DNA of 63,903 nucleotides, filler included, from Choristocarpus tenellus KU-1152 (Eukaryota; Protista; Phaeophyceae): the NCBI GenBank assembly GCA_964200185.2. It is 14 parts of 14 records of this genome, joined end to end, with 100 filler letters (N's around TTAATTAATTAA, not from the genome) between each part and the next. Parts side by side here need not be neighbours in the genome. Positions count along the whole stretch, not along the records: positions 11,674 to 15,255 come from CAXNAD020019123.1; positions 15,356 to 19,727 come from CAXNAD020014858.1; positions 19,828 to 23,980 come from CAXNAD020015955.1; 11 more parts are not named here. The stretch is one strand, 5' to 3'. Below the pieces are notes generated by a model. The model was given only the letters and a program-made list of their open reading frames with translations. It was not told the DNA's origin and searched no databases. Made by a program: the position numbers and the translations under genes. Shown piece by piece: positions 13,384 to 23,980 of this stretch; position 1 is the stretch's first letter, and each line of letters begins with the position of its first letter.

Positions 13384-15805
13384 AGCACAAAATTTCAAAT
13401 TTCGAAGAATTAGCTCATAGAGTAAGATCCCCCCAAAAAACGAGAGCAGCACAGCACAGGTTGCAAGCAGTAGGCTATGAAGCAGCTTGCAACGATTGAT
13501 GGGAGGAAGGAATGAGTGATGCCAAGGACTTGGGGGCTTCGGAGAGGACAGATGATGTTGCATGACAAATGCATCACATTGGATTGGTGCAATATATAGG
13601 GTCACTCTACTGGAGGGACAAAACAAAACACATATGAAAACCCTAAGGATAAAAATAGGGTCGAGGAACAGTCAGTGGAACCACGCGACTGAGCAACTTA
13701 ACGTCAACAGTATGATGGACCAAGCTCGTACCACCTGCAACATACCTCATATTGTCGTATGTGACTGACCTGCCGACCCCACAGTCAAAGTCAATCTCTT
13801 TTTTCTTTTTTTTTAACTAAAATCGGCAGCCCTGAAAAATTTGGGTTATACATTTGTTTACCTCCCTGGAACACTTTGAGCCAATAGAATTTCACAAACG
13901 CAAACGAGCACACCCAGCGTCTTTCCCCCTCTGATGCTCTCGTCCTTTACAGGAGTGGACCTATATCAAAAAAGGAACAACAAAAATCATACAAAGTCTG
14001 TGAGTCATAACCGCAGTCACCTTCATGGAGTCCGAAATGACCCTCGCGTACGCCATGTATCGAGAGAATGCATGGAAATCATTCATGAACAAGCCAAGAA
14101 CAGACATGCACATAAATGCTCTCAAAACCTTCAGGGCAAGAAAGGCGGTGTGGGAAAGAGAGGAGGGAAGTCAGAAATTAAACTCGGGTAGGGAAAGGGC
14201 AAGGATGGTAGAATAAGACTCCCTTGGGAAGGGTAATGGCAAGGGTGGCAGAATAAGGCTTACTTGGGTAGGTGCCTGAGAGCTGAGAACCAGGAGTGAT
14301 GTCAAGTTTGAGAGGTTAAGGAAATGTTACTAGGAGCAACATTGAAACAACAGGAGGATCAGACAATCACTGTGAGTCGATACGATGACAAGCATTAACC
14401 CTATATTATTTCCTACCCAAAGCTCAAAGAGTTGTATATTCCAAGGAAAGAGGTAGATCCAATTTTAGCTCTCTTGAGATGTGGTGAGCAGAACGAACAC
14501 TAACACTTTTACCTCAGGTTCACAACACTACAACTGCCTAGTACTCTTAAGGAGATGCACTAATGCCAAGATTAAGGAGGTAGGGTGGGTAGATTATAAG
14601 AATAGCAATCATTGCAATACCAATCATGAGAACGGCATACATTTTTCATCGATCCAATAGGATGTGTTCAATTCCCTTACATAACCCACTCAACCATCCC
14701 ATCTCAAGTTAGGTGTGAACCTTAACCCCAACGTAAGGCAGAACCTTCAGAAGTAGCACACCTATCTACCACTCACATCTTCAGATACATGATCGTAGCA
14801 GCTCTTCATTGCATCCCTCGCCCTTCTGGCATAGATGCATCCAACACGCAGAGGAGACCCACCCACGAGAGCTCCCAAGCCAATGGCGGCCCAAAAACAT
14901 CCAATTGACGAAGACAGCGTTGCCTCTGACTCTCTTGCCTCCCCTGTCCACTCTGATGGGCTACTCCTGCTGTGGACCCCCTCCTCATTTGACCTGGAGA
15001 GATCTGTGAAGACTTGCGGCCCCAGTGCACCTCCACTGAGCACATAGATCATCGCTCCCCTGATCCTGTCCTGCTCGTTGTGCAAATGCAAGGAGGTCAG
15101 TGCCATTGAATTGCGGCCTAGAGCAAGCCATAGGAATATGTTTTGTGCGAGTCAATCTAATCAAAGAAAAATACCGATGATAATAACCCTTTGAATGGTG
15201 TGTTATTTTACAGGGCCAGTCTGTGGTCAGGTCCGGATTTTTTTTTTTTTTTTTGNNNNNNNNNNNNNNNNNNNNNNNNNNNNNNNNNNNNNNNNNNNNT
15301 TAATTAATTAANNNNNNNNNNNNNNNNNNNNNNNNNNNNNNNNNNNNNNNNNNNNCTTACTTCATGTACAACCTGTTCTACATAGTGAGGAAATAATGGA
15401 GTTATTTATACACACAAGTCTTGGGAACACCAGTTTCTTTAACAACCAATGTATGTACGTGTGTATGTATGTATGTACTCATTAGATATGTAGATATGCA
15501 TGTAGGTAGGAATGCAGGTAGGTAGGTAGCTACTCATCATATCTGTATATGTGCAGATATGCACGTAAGTAGGTATGTGGGTCTCTATGTCTCTTGGTCA
15601 CTAGATGTGTAGGTGTGTGGGTGTGTAGGTATGTTGCATGTGTATTATTTCCAACGTCATTCTTACCACCATATTGTTACTGTTGGATATAAGCCAAACC
15701 GACTTAGAGGTAGGCCAGTTTTGAACCCCTTTGCACTCCAAGCCATCTTCTTATCCTGTGCTATACATTATTTTGTTCCATACGTGCACAATAGTGTACG
15801 CAAAA

Positions 15806-15981
15806 GGTTCAAAGTATCTGGGGGGGTGGCGGCTGTCCATTTGGGGTCAAGTTTTTCATGTCGCGATATTTGGGTGATTTGGTTCATACGTCGAATAGAT
15901 AATGTAAGTGCAGTTTACCTGGTTTTGGTCCAAATGGACACCCTGGAGTAGACCGCCCACCCACCCCAGATACTTTGGGTC
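15806..15981 (+). mobile_element. MITE family A, full length, TSD AAA
   Basis: TIRs GGTTCAAAGTATCTGGGGG...CCCCAGATACTTTGGGTC, subterminal TGTCCATTTGG in both arms, flanked by AAA/AAA. Confidence 0.9.
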
Positions 15982-16193
15982 AAAATCTACCTTCCCCCTT
16001 TCCGCGAAAAAAGTGACTCCATAATTAAGCAAGGCCTCTTATTATGTATACAAAATGGAGTCTTTTGGCCTGCCCGGGGATCCTTCAAATTCAACCCTGT
16101 CTCCCTCTCAATTGATTTGACCCTGTCTGAAAGATAATCGAGAAAGAAGTGTGTATGTTTTAGAATATGCAGTTGAAATGCTACGTACTTCCA

Positions 16194-16374
16194 GACCCAA
16201 AGTATCTGGGGGGGAGGGGGTTTCTACACCGGGGTGTCCATTTGAACCAAAATCAGGAAGAGTGCAAGTACATTATCCATCCGACGTATGCAACCAAATC
16301 ACACAAAAATCGCGACATGAAAAAATTGACCCCAAAATGTACAGCCACCACCACCCCCCCACATACTTTGAACC
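16194..16374 (-). mobile_element. MITE family A, full length, TSD CCA, opposite orientation to 15806-15981
   Basis: GACCCAAAGTATCTGGGG...CCCCACATACTTTGAACC flanked by CCA/CCA. Confidence 0.9.
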
Positions 16375-16619
16375 CCATTTTTTATTGTTCCAAACTGAAT
16401 TATCATACTATGTAGTACTTGAAGAATTTGATACAAAAAATGGATTTCTGGGCGTGTTTGTAGCATATGTATACCACGCAAATGTTATACATTCCGCACT
16501 CTACATGATCAATGCAACAAACAACGATTACCCTGCTTGGTTGTTGGCGCTAATATATGACTACCTACCATCTAACTCCACGCCTGCACAATAAGAGATG
16601 ATGAACAACAACAAATAAA

Positions 16620-19490
16620 GCAGCTCCACTGCCAGCATCAATCACTAACAAAGAGTGTCATCGTGAGAAGGAGTTAATGGTTTTACGAACTCTTGTGCCT
16701 TCTTTTCAAAAGGCGTTGGTGGTGGCATCTACTCGTTCCTGGAGGGTGTATGGAACTCTGTATGATATTTCTGATGTGTATCTGTGAGTGGTCATATACC
16801 CCTCATTGGACTGATTATGGTCCTTGGAACTGGAATTGATACCTGCTTAGCTTGTTTTGGGTGACTTTACTGCTAGGTCTGCCTTTTTTTTCTACCATGT
16901 TGGGGGAGTTTTGTACCTCTCAAAGCAGTGTATTTTGCATTTTGTGCATTTATACAAATTTCTCTTCTGCTCCTTCTCTCTCTTCTTTATGCATTTTTCT
17001 GCGTTTTGTTATTCTCCATCCCTTGCTTTCTCAGATAGTATGCGTTCCTCTTCTTTCGTCTGCCCTCTTTTGTATTGCTTTCCTGAATAAAAATTCAAAC
17101 ATGTCGTTTTTCTCCAAATGACAACACCCGCCAATGTTTGAGCACCATTGCACCATGCATCGAATCAACGTAAGCAAATCGATGAACCAATTGCAATCAA
17201 CATCCTCATCCAAATTAGTTCTGCTTCTTCTAGAATGTAGTAGGTTGTATCCATCCAATTGATCCCACCATGATTGTGAGTATTCTTGTTATTGTTGACA
17301 AAATCCCAGTCATAAAAGCACATGAAAGAAGAGGGAGACAATACACAGCTTCACTCACAGACATAGTAATCATACAGGCAAGAGAGCATAACCATCTGCC
17401 AAGTCCTCAAAGTGCAACACAAGGGATGATGAAACATGATACCATCCATGTTGGGCCTTTTCGACTGGATTCCTCCGCAGCAAACAATCGTTATTTGCTG
17501 TTGAAAAAGTTATTTTTTTCAATCTCAGGAAATAAAATGCCCTAAAATCTCTCAAGCCTATTATCGAAATTTCCACTTAGGTCAGAAAAAGTATAGATTT
17601 AAAAAAACTGTTGTGGCAACCCAAGAGGGATTGAGGGGGCATAGGAACACAGGACACAAATCCCACGGATAGGGTATCATTAGTCGACCCTGTCTCCCCG
17701 CCAATATAGTGAGCCGACGAACACCCATACTCCCCCCCCATCATTTTCCCCTAGGACATGTCAATTAATCTTACAACCTGTATTTGTTACAGGCGATATG
17801 TCTTGATGGCGGATTCATTAACACCATTATGACATTGAAGTTCTAGATTTTATATATTTGTACTTCTTGACTATTTATTTATAATTTAGTCATATGGTCC
17901 CCGATTGTGATAAGACATCGTAGACCAGTTCCTTTTTATACAAAGATATTGATGGTAATCCAAATGAGATATCCAGTATACTTGACGACTTGTGCATCTG
18001 GAGTCCTATACGTACATCAGTATATCATCTATAGGCCCGTAGATTGGAGCTATACACCCTGTGGAGGTAAGTTTCGGGGGCGCCTGTAACATGGAGGTTC
18101 TCGGTTCCTTTTTATACAATGATATCGATGGTAATCCAAGTGAGAGATCCAGCATACTTGACGACTTGTGCATCAGGAGTCCTATACGTGCATCAGTATA
18201 TCATATATAGACCCGTAGATTGGAGCTATTCAACCTGTGGAGGTAAGTTTCGGGGACGCCTGTAACATGGAGGTTCTCGGTTCCTTTTTATACAATGATA
18301 TCGATGATAATCCAAGTGATAGATCCAGCATACTTGACGACTTGTGCATCAGGAGTCCTGTGCGTGCATCAGTATCATCTATAGGCCCGTAGATTGGAGC
18401 TATACATCCTGTGGAGGTAAGCTTTCGGGGACGCCTGTAACATATTCTGTGGACTGACAAACACCATTCTAATGCAGTGTAGAATCCCTCAAACTGGAAA
18501 TTCCCCATCCTCTTCAATCAGTCTAAGTCCCCACCTCCCTAACGCAGCGAAGGGAGGACAAAATGGAGGACCAACTCAACCACCAATTGATGAGGGTTGA
18601 AAGAACATTGCAATCCTGGGCAAGAAGCCAAGGGATGAGTCCGCATTAGCGGCCGTCCCCTCTGCTTAAATGGTGGTTAAACAACAGACCCAAACTTGTT
18701 AATCCTCCAACTTTCCATGGCCAAGAAAACATACGCTGTGACTCAAAATAACTATCCTCTCCAACTGGTCAAAAGTAGGCCACCTCCCCAGGGTGGGGAA
18801 GGAAGGACAAGGTAGAAAACCCAACCAAATATCAATAGAAGATAGCTCGAACGAGTTTAGCAATCCTCAGCACAAAGTCCAGGGATAGGGCCGCACTAAA
18901 GACCGCCCCTCCTGGAAGAAATGATAACTGGATAGGCACAAAACGATCCACCTCCCCCAGCTTCTTCACCAAACCCTGCATATTCTGTGAACCCTGCATA
19001 TTCTGTGAATATAAACATATGTTGAGTCCAATGTAACCCTTGCAGGGGAAATATCTATCTTCTCCATCAGGTCACTCTTGACCGCAAGTCTGTGACCAAT
19101 CAGATTATATGAATAGCTTTACCACTTCCTAAGAGTAATTATTTTAGTACTTGCACCGAATATCAATTACTCTATCATTTGAACATACTTTCAAATCCTT
19201 ATGATCATTCAATAACTTTGACCCAGTTGAACAAGAACGATCATTTGGTCCTTCTTTCCGTATTTGATTTTGGGATAACTTTTGTTTCTGCCAATGAGGA
19301 GTATGCCATAAAGAATGCAACAGTTTAGCCTGTACTGTGGGGCTCGTGTAAACAGCTTGTGAGAAGGACTCGTCATGAGGCCCTTGCTGCCTTGCTAGGA
19401 GGGTGGGGAGAGTAGCCACCAGCGATCTTACGAAAGTCCAATGTTGGCGGTGTTTCATGTTGAAACCTGAATCGAATGCATCGTACATGT
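16620..19490 (-). pseudogene. Decayed gene of unknown family with a diverged tandem ~80-100-aa repeat, interrupted by an LTR element
   Basis: The frame of ORF 19144-19488 continues through a few stops into repeat units with motifs (R)PxGEDxYF, SQNM and GRxLxxPYPWxLC, visible near 17560-17780, 18443-18730, 18730-18990 and 18990-19090. Boundaries are approximate. Confidence 0.45.
17785..18442 (+). mobile_element. Miniature LTR retroelement: LTR (17785-18091) + PBS + truncated LTR + PBS + truncated LTR, 4-bp TSD TATT
   Basis: Termini TGTTACAGGCG...CGCCTGTAACA (11-bp inverted repeat), with TATT at 17781-84 and 18443-46. The LTR 3' end recurs at 18091, 18267 and 18442 (period 176/175); the two internal ends are followed by TGGAGGTTC. 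Confidence 0.85.
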
Positions 19491-19827
19491 AAGCAAAATG
19501 CGTAGACTACTAGTGATGAGAAATCATGGTGTTGCAAAGCACCGATGAGTGATATGCGTAGTCTATGTTATGGATAGGTGTGATTGTGCTGCAAAGGACC
19601 GATGTATTTATTCTGTTGTAAATGAGGTCATCGATCTCTCAGTCAAGAATGATACGATGTGAATTCAGTATTCTTGGTTGCTATATCCAGAATGATGTGA
19701 TGTGAATTCAGTGTTCTTTCATGTGATNNNNNNNNNNNNNNNNNNNNNNNNNNNNNNNNNNNNNNNNNNNNTTAATTAATTAANNNNNNNNNNNNNNNNN
19801 NNNNNNNNNNNNNNNNNNNNNNNNNNN

Positions 19828-20000
19828 GGAGGGGGGGGGGGGGGGGGGGGGGGGGGTGGGGGGGGGGCGTCCGTTTTGGTCAAACATTTTTTTTTTTGCT
19901 GACATTTCAAATCCGACACGTACAGATCACACCAAAAAAGTTAAAATCGAAAAATGGTGAAAAACGGACGCCGACCTCCCCCCCCCAGATACTTTTACAC
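19828..20000 (-). mobile_element. MITE family A, degraded or low-quality copy at a contig start
   Basis: Poly-G, then GTCCGTTTTGGTCAAA...AAAACGGACGCCGAC..CCCCCAGATACTTT. Confidence 0.65.
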
Positions 20001-20075
20001 CTATGATTTACACCAGTTTCACTTCTTCGCAAGCATGACATGCATGGCGAAAAGTTCTTGGGGATCCTTCATTCA

Positions 20076-20256
20076 GGCCCGAAGTATCTGGGGGTGGGGG
20101 TGGGGGGTCTACACCAGAGTGTCCATTTGGACCAAAACCAGGAAAAGTGCACTTCATTATCCATCCAACTTACGGAACCAAATCACCCAATAATCGCGAC
20201 ATGAAAAAGTTGGTCCCAAATGGACAGTCGCAACCCTCCCCCAGATACTTTGAGCC
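20076..20256 (-). mobile_element. MITE family A, full length, TSD TCA
   Basis: GGCCCGAAGTATCTGGGGG...CCCCAGATACTTTGAGCC flanked by TCA/TCA. Confidence 0.9.
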
Positions 20257-22499
20257 TCAGATTTATAAGAGCAACATTTCTCCTGCAACGAATCGTCTTA
20301 GGGGAAAGCATGCCATCCACGGCCACCACAAGTCTGTGGTTCAGAAGGAAATGTGAGTGAGTGGCGATTGTACAACCCTACCAGAATGTTTCCCTAACAA
20401 TCGATTATTTGGTGATGGAACAACTCAGAATCTAGAACATATTTGAAGATTCAGAGTGAAAGCGTAATAGAGGGTACGAGTTTTGCTCTGTTTATCCGTT
20501 TGGGGCTTGGCTTCCCACGGGTTTCTTATGACATCTTACCTACTCCGAAATGTTTCAGAATAGGTCAAATGTATTGGCTAAAAAAAGGCTTGCCTGGAAC
20601 AAGGATGTGGACACTTCGTTACAAACACGATAGCCAAGATTACATCAAAATAGCAACATTGGATTTTGTCCCCCAAACGGAAGCGGCTCTACCCTCTAAG
20701 ATACGTCGACTCTCAGCTTGATGGTGCCCTGCATCTTCTCCCGTGCTAGATAGAGCGTGGCTTCTATATGACTGGGCAAGTGGTGTCTTGCAAGAGTGCT
20801 CCTAAGGACCTAGCCGGGGGGAATACATTCCCATCCCAAGAGAAGTGCTGGTGATCGAGGCCTAACAGGTGATCACCTTATTCAAAGACCCAGAGAAGCT
20901 ATGAACTGTGTGAGGACTGTACATCGACGGCCCCTCAAAAGACGCAGTCAATTAGTACTTTTATACATCTGAGCTTGGCTCTGACGGTAAAAGAGCAGGT
21001 TTGTGAGAGAAAGATACATCACCAAGTATGCAGTTAGGACTGGTATACCTCGAACAATGGATCAATGGGGAAGCTCAATCGGAGGGGAGGAAGCAGTTCC
21101 ACGGTGATGCTGGTACAGAAAGGAACACACATCACCTAGAGTATCAGGGTTTATACGATATTTTTCTCTGCTGGTCCTAAGCTCCTTTTTGTTGCTATTT
21201 TAAATATAACTCATTGTGAACAGTGTATTTGTTGAGCTGTGCGGTGTTGTATATCAGTAATACTGATAATCGAACGTACTCTTCCTTTTCTCTCTCACTT
21301 GGCCCCCCATGGATACCGTCAGACCCACATCCCTTGCTTGACAGGTGCACTCCAAGAATATTTCCGGTAAGCAGTCTCAGACGCCAAACAGGGTAGAAAA
21401 TTACTTTCGGTCAGTATAACGCAACCCTAACCATTGTACGTCAAGAACGCAACATATTCACAGTGTGCACAACAATACTACTGACAGTAGTAGTAGTAGT
21501 GTTAACAACTTCCTGAAATATAGATATGTTGCGACACAACACATTGGAGAGCGCCAAACTGTAACACTATATTGTCTCGCAATCCAAGGTATACCATTGC
21601 ATTTGTGTGATGGAACATAATGTATATTACGTTATAACGGCAATGTGTATGTTGTGAATGTTTTGGTCTGGAGTGTATGGGCATAGCATAGTATTGTAGT
21701 CAGAAGGTGGTACTACTAGGTTCGCCCTCTGTGGCAATCTTGTCTTTTCATCATGCACACACCAAAGATATACAACAATATATATATCAAATGAAAGGGT
21801 ATGACAAGAGGGTTTGAAGGTTTGTATCCATGAATATCCAGGCTTCGGAGAAGGGGAGCTATGTGCCGATCAAACAATGGAAAAAACGCGGGCGAATAGT
21901 TCTGGCGCAATTTTGAGGGTCAAGACTTCAAAACGGACAAGAATGAAGTGGTTGGCTGAACTCCTTGTAGAAACCTGGTTCAGGGTAGGTCGCTTCCCAA
22001 GTTTGACCGGTGTGTGTGTGCACCGAAAAAAAAATCAAGATTTCTGGACATCTTTTCAACGCCTTTTGCAGACTTTCTGTGAGCACACACACACGTGACT
22101 TACACAGCAACATGAACTACGACGGTGAGACAGGGAGAGCCGCTGAGGCCACTCTGCCCCCCTAATAGTGCATCTGTTGCAACTCTTGGTGACCTACAAT
22201 CCAAGGTTCGAATCCCAATATGAGCCCTCTTTGCTCAAAAATTGAAAAAAATAACAAAAAAATAACGAAGCACGTATTCTGGAGTGTCTTGTGACGGGCA
22301 TCACGATTATGTTTTTATTTTTTAAATCTGGTGTTTACACCAAAAGTTATGACGGGATAACCCCAGAGGGTGAAGCTACTTGTACCACTCTATGGAATGT
22401 ATGTTTTATACTGGAGAGTTATGGGTACAACATAGTGTTGCTTTTGTTTTGTGCCTAATGTTTGCCCAGAAAATAGCGTTGAGTATTACGTTGTCCAAG

Positions 22500-23520
22500 A
22501 CGTAAATTTTTTTGAGATCCTTCTTTCTTTTGTCACTCTTCGCTCTTATGAAGCCCTCGTGATATATCAGCCCCTATGGACACGACTACTCTGTGGTGCA
22601 TTGGAGAATCAGGATTCTGGCATTCACTCGCATACTTTTTGTCTGCATAGGAATCCTACGAGTTACATGGTATCACGTAGAAGTTGAGAGGTCCGCTTGG
22701 GGATTGACCTATCGGGTTGAGAACAATCTCGACCATTGAAGGAATGGAATGTTGCATGTGGTGCCTGGAACTGTGCATGGCGCCCATGGTCTCAAACCCA
22801 TTCAGTTCAAAGCCATTCACCAGATACAAGCATCCTCCGCAAGGCTGAGTATCACAATTGCCTGGGGTTGTGAGGACTTTACGATAGGCTGGACCATGGG
22901 GAAGCGCACTCTAGGAAAGAATGTGGGCAAGGGGCTGAATGCGGGAAACGGGAAGAAGGTAAAGGCCGACTTGCTAGGCTTGAGTGAAGCCACAAATTGT
23001 GTCCCGGATGAAGAAATTAAACCCGAAGACGACTATGGAGGACAAAGAGAGCAAGTTGAGGGAGGAGATCCTCATTGCCCCCTGTGCAACAGAGGAAGTT
23101 ATGCCCCGAGTGCTAGAGATGGATGAGAATATCGAAAAGAAGGATGAAAAATGAGAGGAGGATCTGAATGAGGAGGTGGATGGAGACATAACAGTGTGAG
23201 TAGAGATACAGAGAAAAAATAGCCTCCTCCATGAGCACAAACACTCCTGTGCTTCACCTCTCCAGTGACTAAAACATCAATAATGAACAAGGCCTGGGAG
23301 GCCAGCCCCCCCCCCACAGTGAACACAGCAGGGATACTCATTGTTCAGTCTCTGCCATGAGTACAATCCACCAAGTATCTGTGCTCTCCTTGCCTTTCAT
23401 GTGTCATACACTACAAAAACTTCAAAATACTTTGCAGCTATCCCAGTGGAGAACACTAATGTACTTCTCGAGCAGTCCTGTTTCACTCACTCAACTGCAC
23501 CACAACCTATACCCAGACAC
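22500..23520 (+). mobile_element. Decayed piggyBac-like transposase derivative, copy 1
   Basis: Clear nucleotide homology to 53725-54650 (-). Across frameshifts it reads FLRSFF...YISPYG...HW...LFVCIGIL, HGLKPIQFKAIHQI, NCVPDEE and GGDPH, in the order expected for the piggyBac N-terminal half up to the first catalytic Asp, then a TKYLCSPC...FKIL segment. Confidence 0.5.
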
Positions 23521-23938
23521 AAGCATCTTGAAACATAGTCCATAATATATTATATGCTCTCTACCAGTATATACTCCCTAATAATATACGTACAACTTGA
23601 AATTATTAAAATCATCTTTTTCTTTTTTACTCTTTTTTTTTTCACCGATTCAATGTGTAATGCCCACCACATTCCAACAATATTAGAGAATCGTACTAAT
23701 GATGTTAACGACAACAGCTTCTTACCGTGTGTTACCTATCAAACGTCAATTTTCTGCTAATACCACCAGATGCCCCTTGTCCTCAGTTTTTACCTCATCA
23801 TGCGTGTGTTTTTCTTTTATTTGAGGAAGCGTAGCAAAAAATATCATGGTTATTATATCCCTACCCAAGTTGTTCGTCTGCTTTGCTCGCGAAATATTGG
23901 ATAATTTGATGCGTTTTCTACTCTTTTTCAAAACCGCA

Positions 23939-23980
23939 GACCCAAAGTATCTGTGGGAGGGGGGGGGTCTATGTTACAGG
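23939..23980 (-). mobile_element. MITE family A, partial, at contig end
   Basis: GACCCAAAGTATCTGTGGGAGGGGGGGTCTA. Confidence 0.75.

Noticed and set aside
13953-15110. Exon-like coding fragments (13953-14187, 14835-15047)
   Set aside because: There is an in-frame TGA in the best frame, no coherent gene model, and no recognisable family.
16151-16594. 147-aa ORF and similar ORFs at 9101, 15613, 19954 and 61365
   Set aside because: These are chance frames through MITE copies.
17929-18442. CRISPR array or coding repeat (ORFs 17907-18089, 18230-18517)
   Set aside because: The 176/175-bp period is not a multiple of three, and the array is explained by the LTR structure and TSD.
20260-21343. Gypsy integrase 3' end with PPT (21081-96) and LTR ending TGACA
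   Set aside because: The motifs are too decayed and the putative LTR lacks a TG start; left unassigned.
22170-22232. tRNA gene (GGTTCGAATCCC)
   Set aside because: There is no acceptor stem, D arm or anticodon arm; at most it is a SINE remnant.
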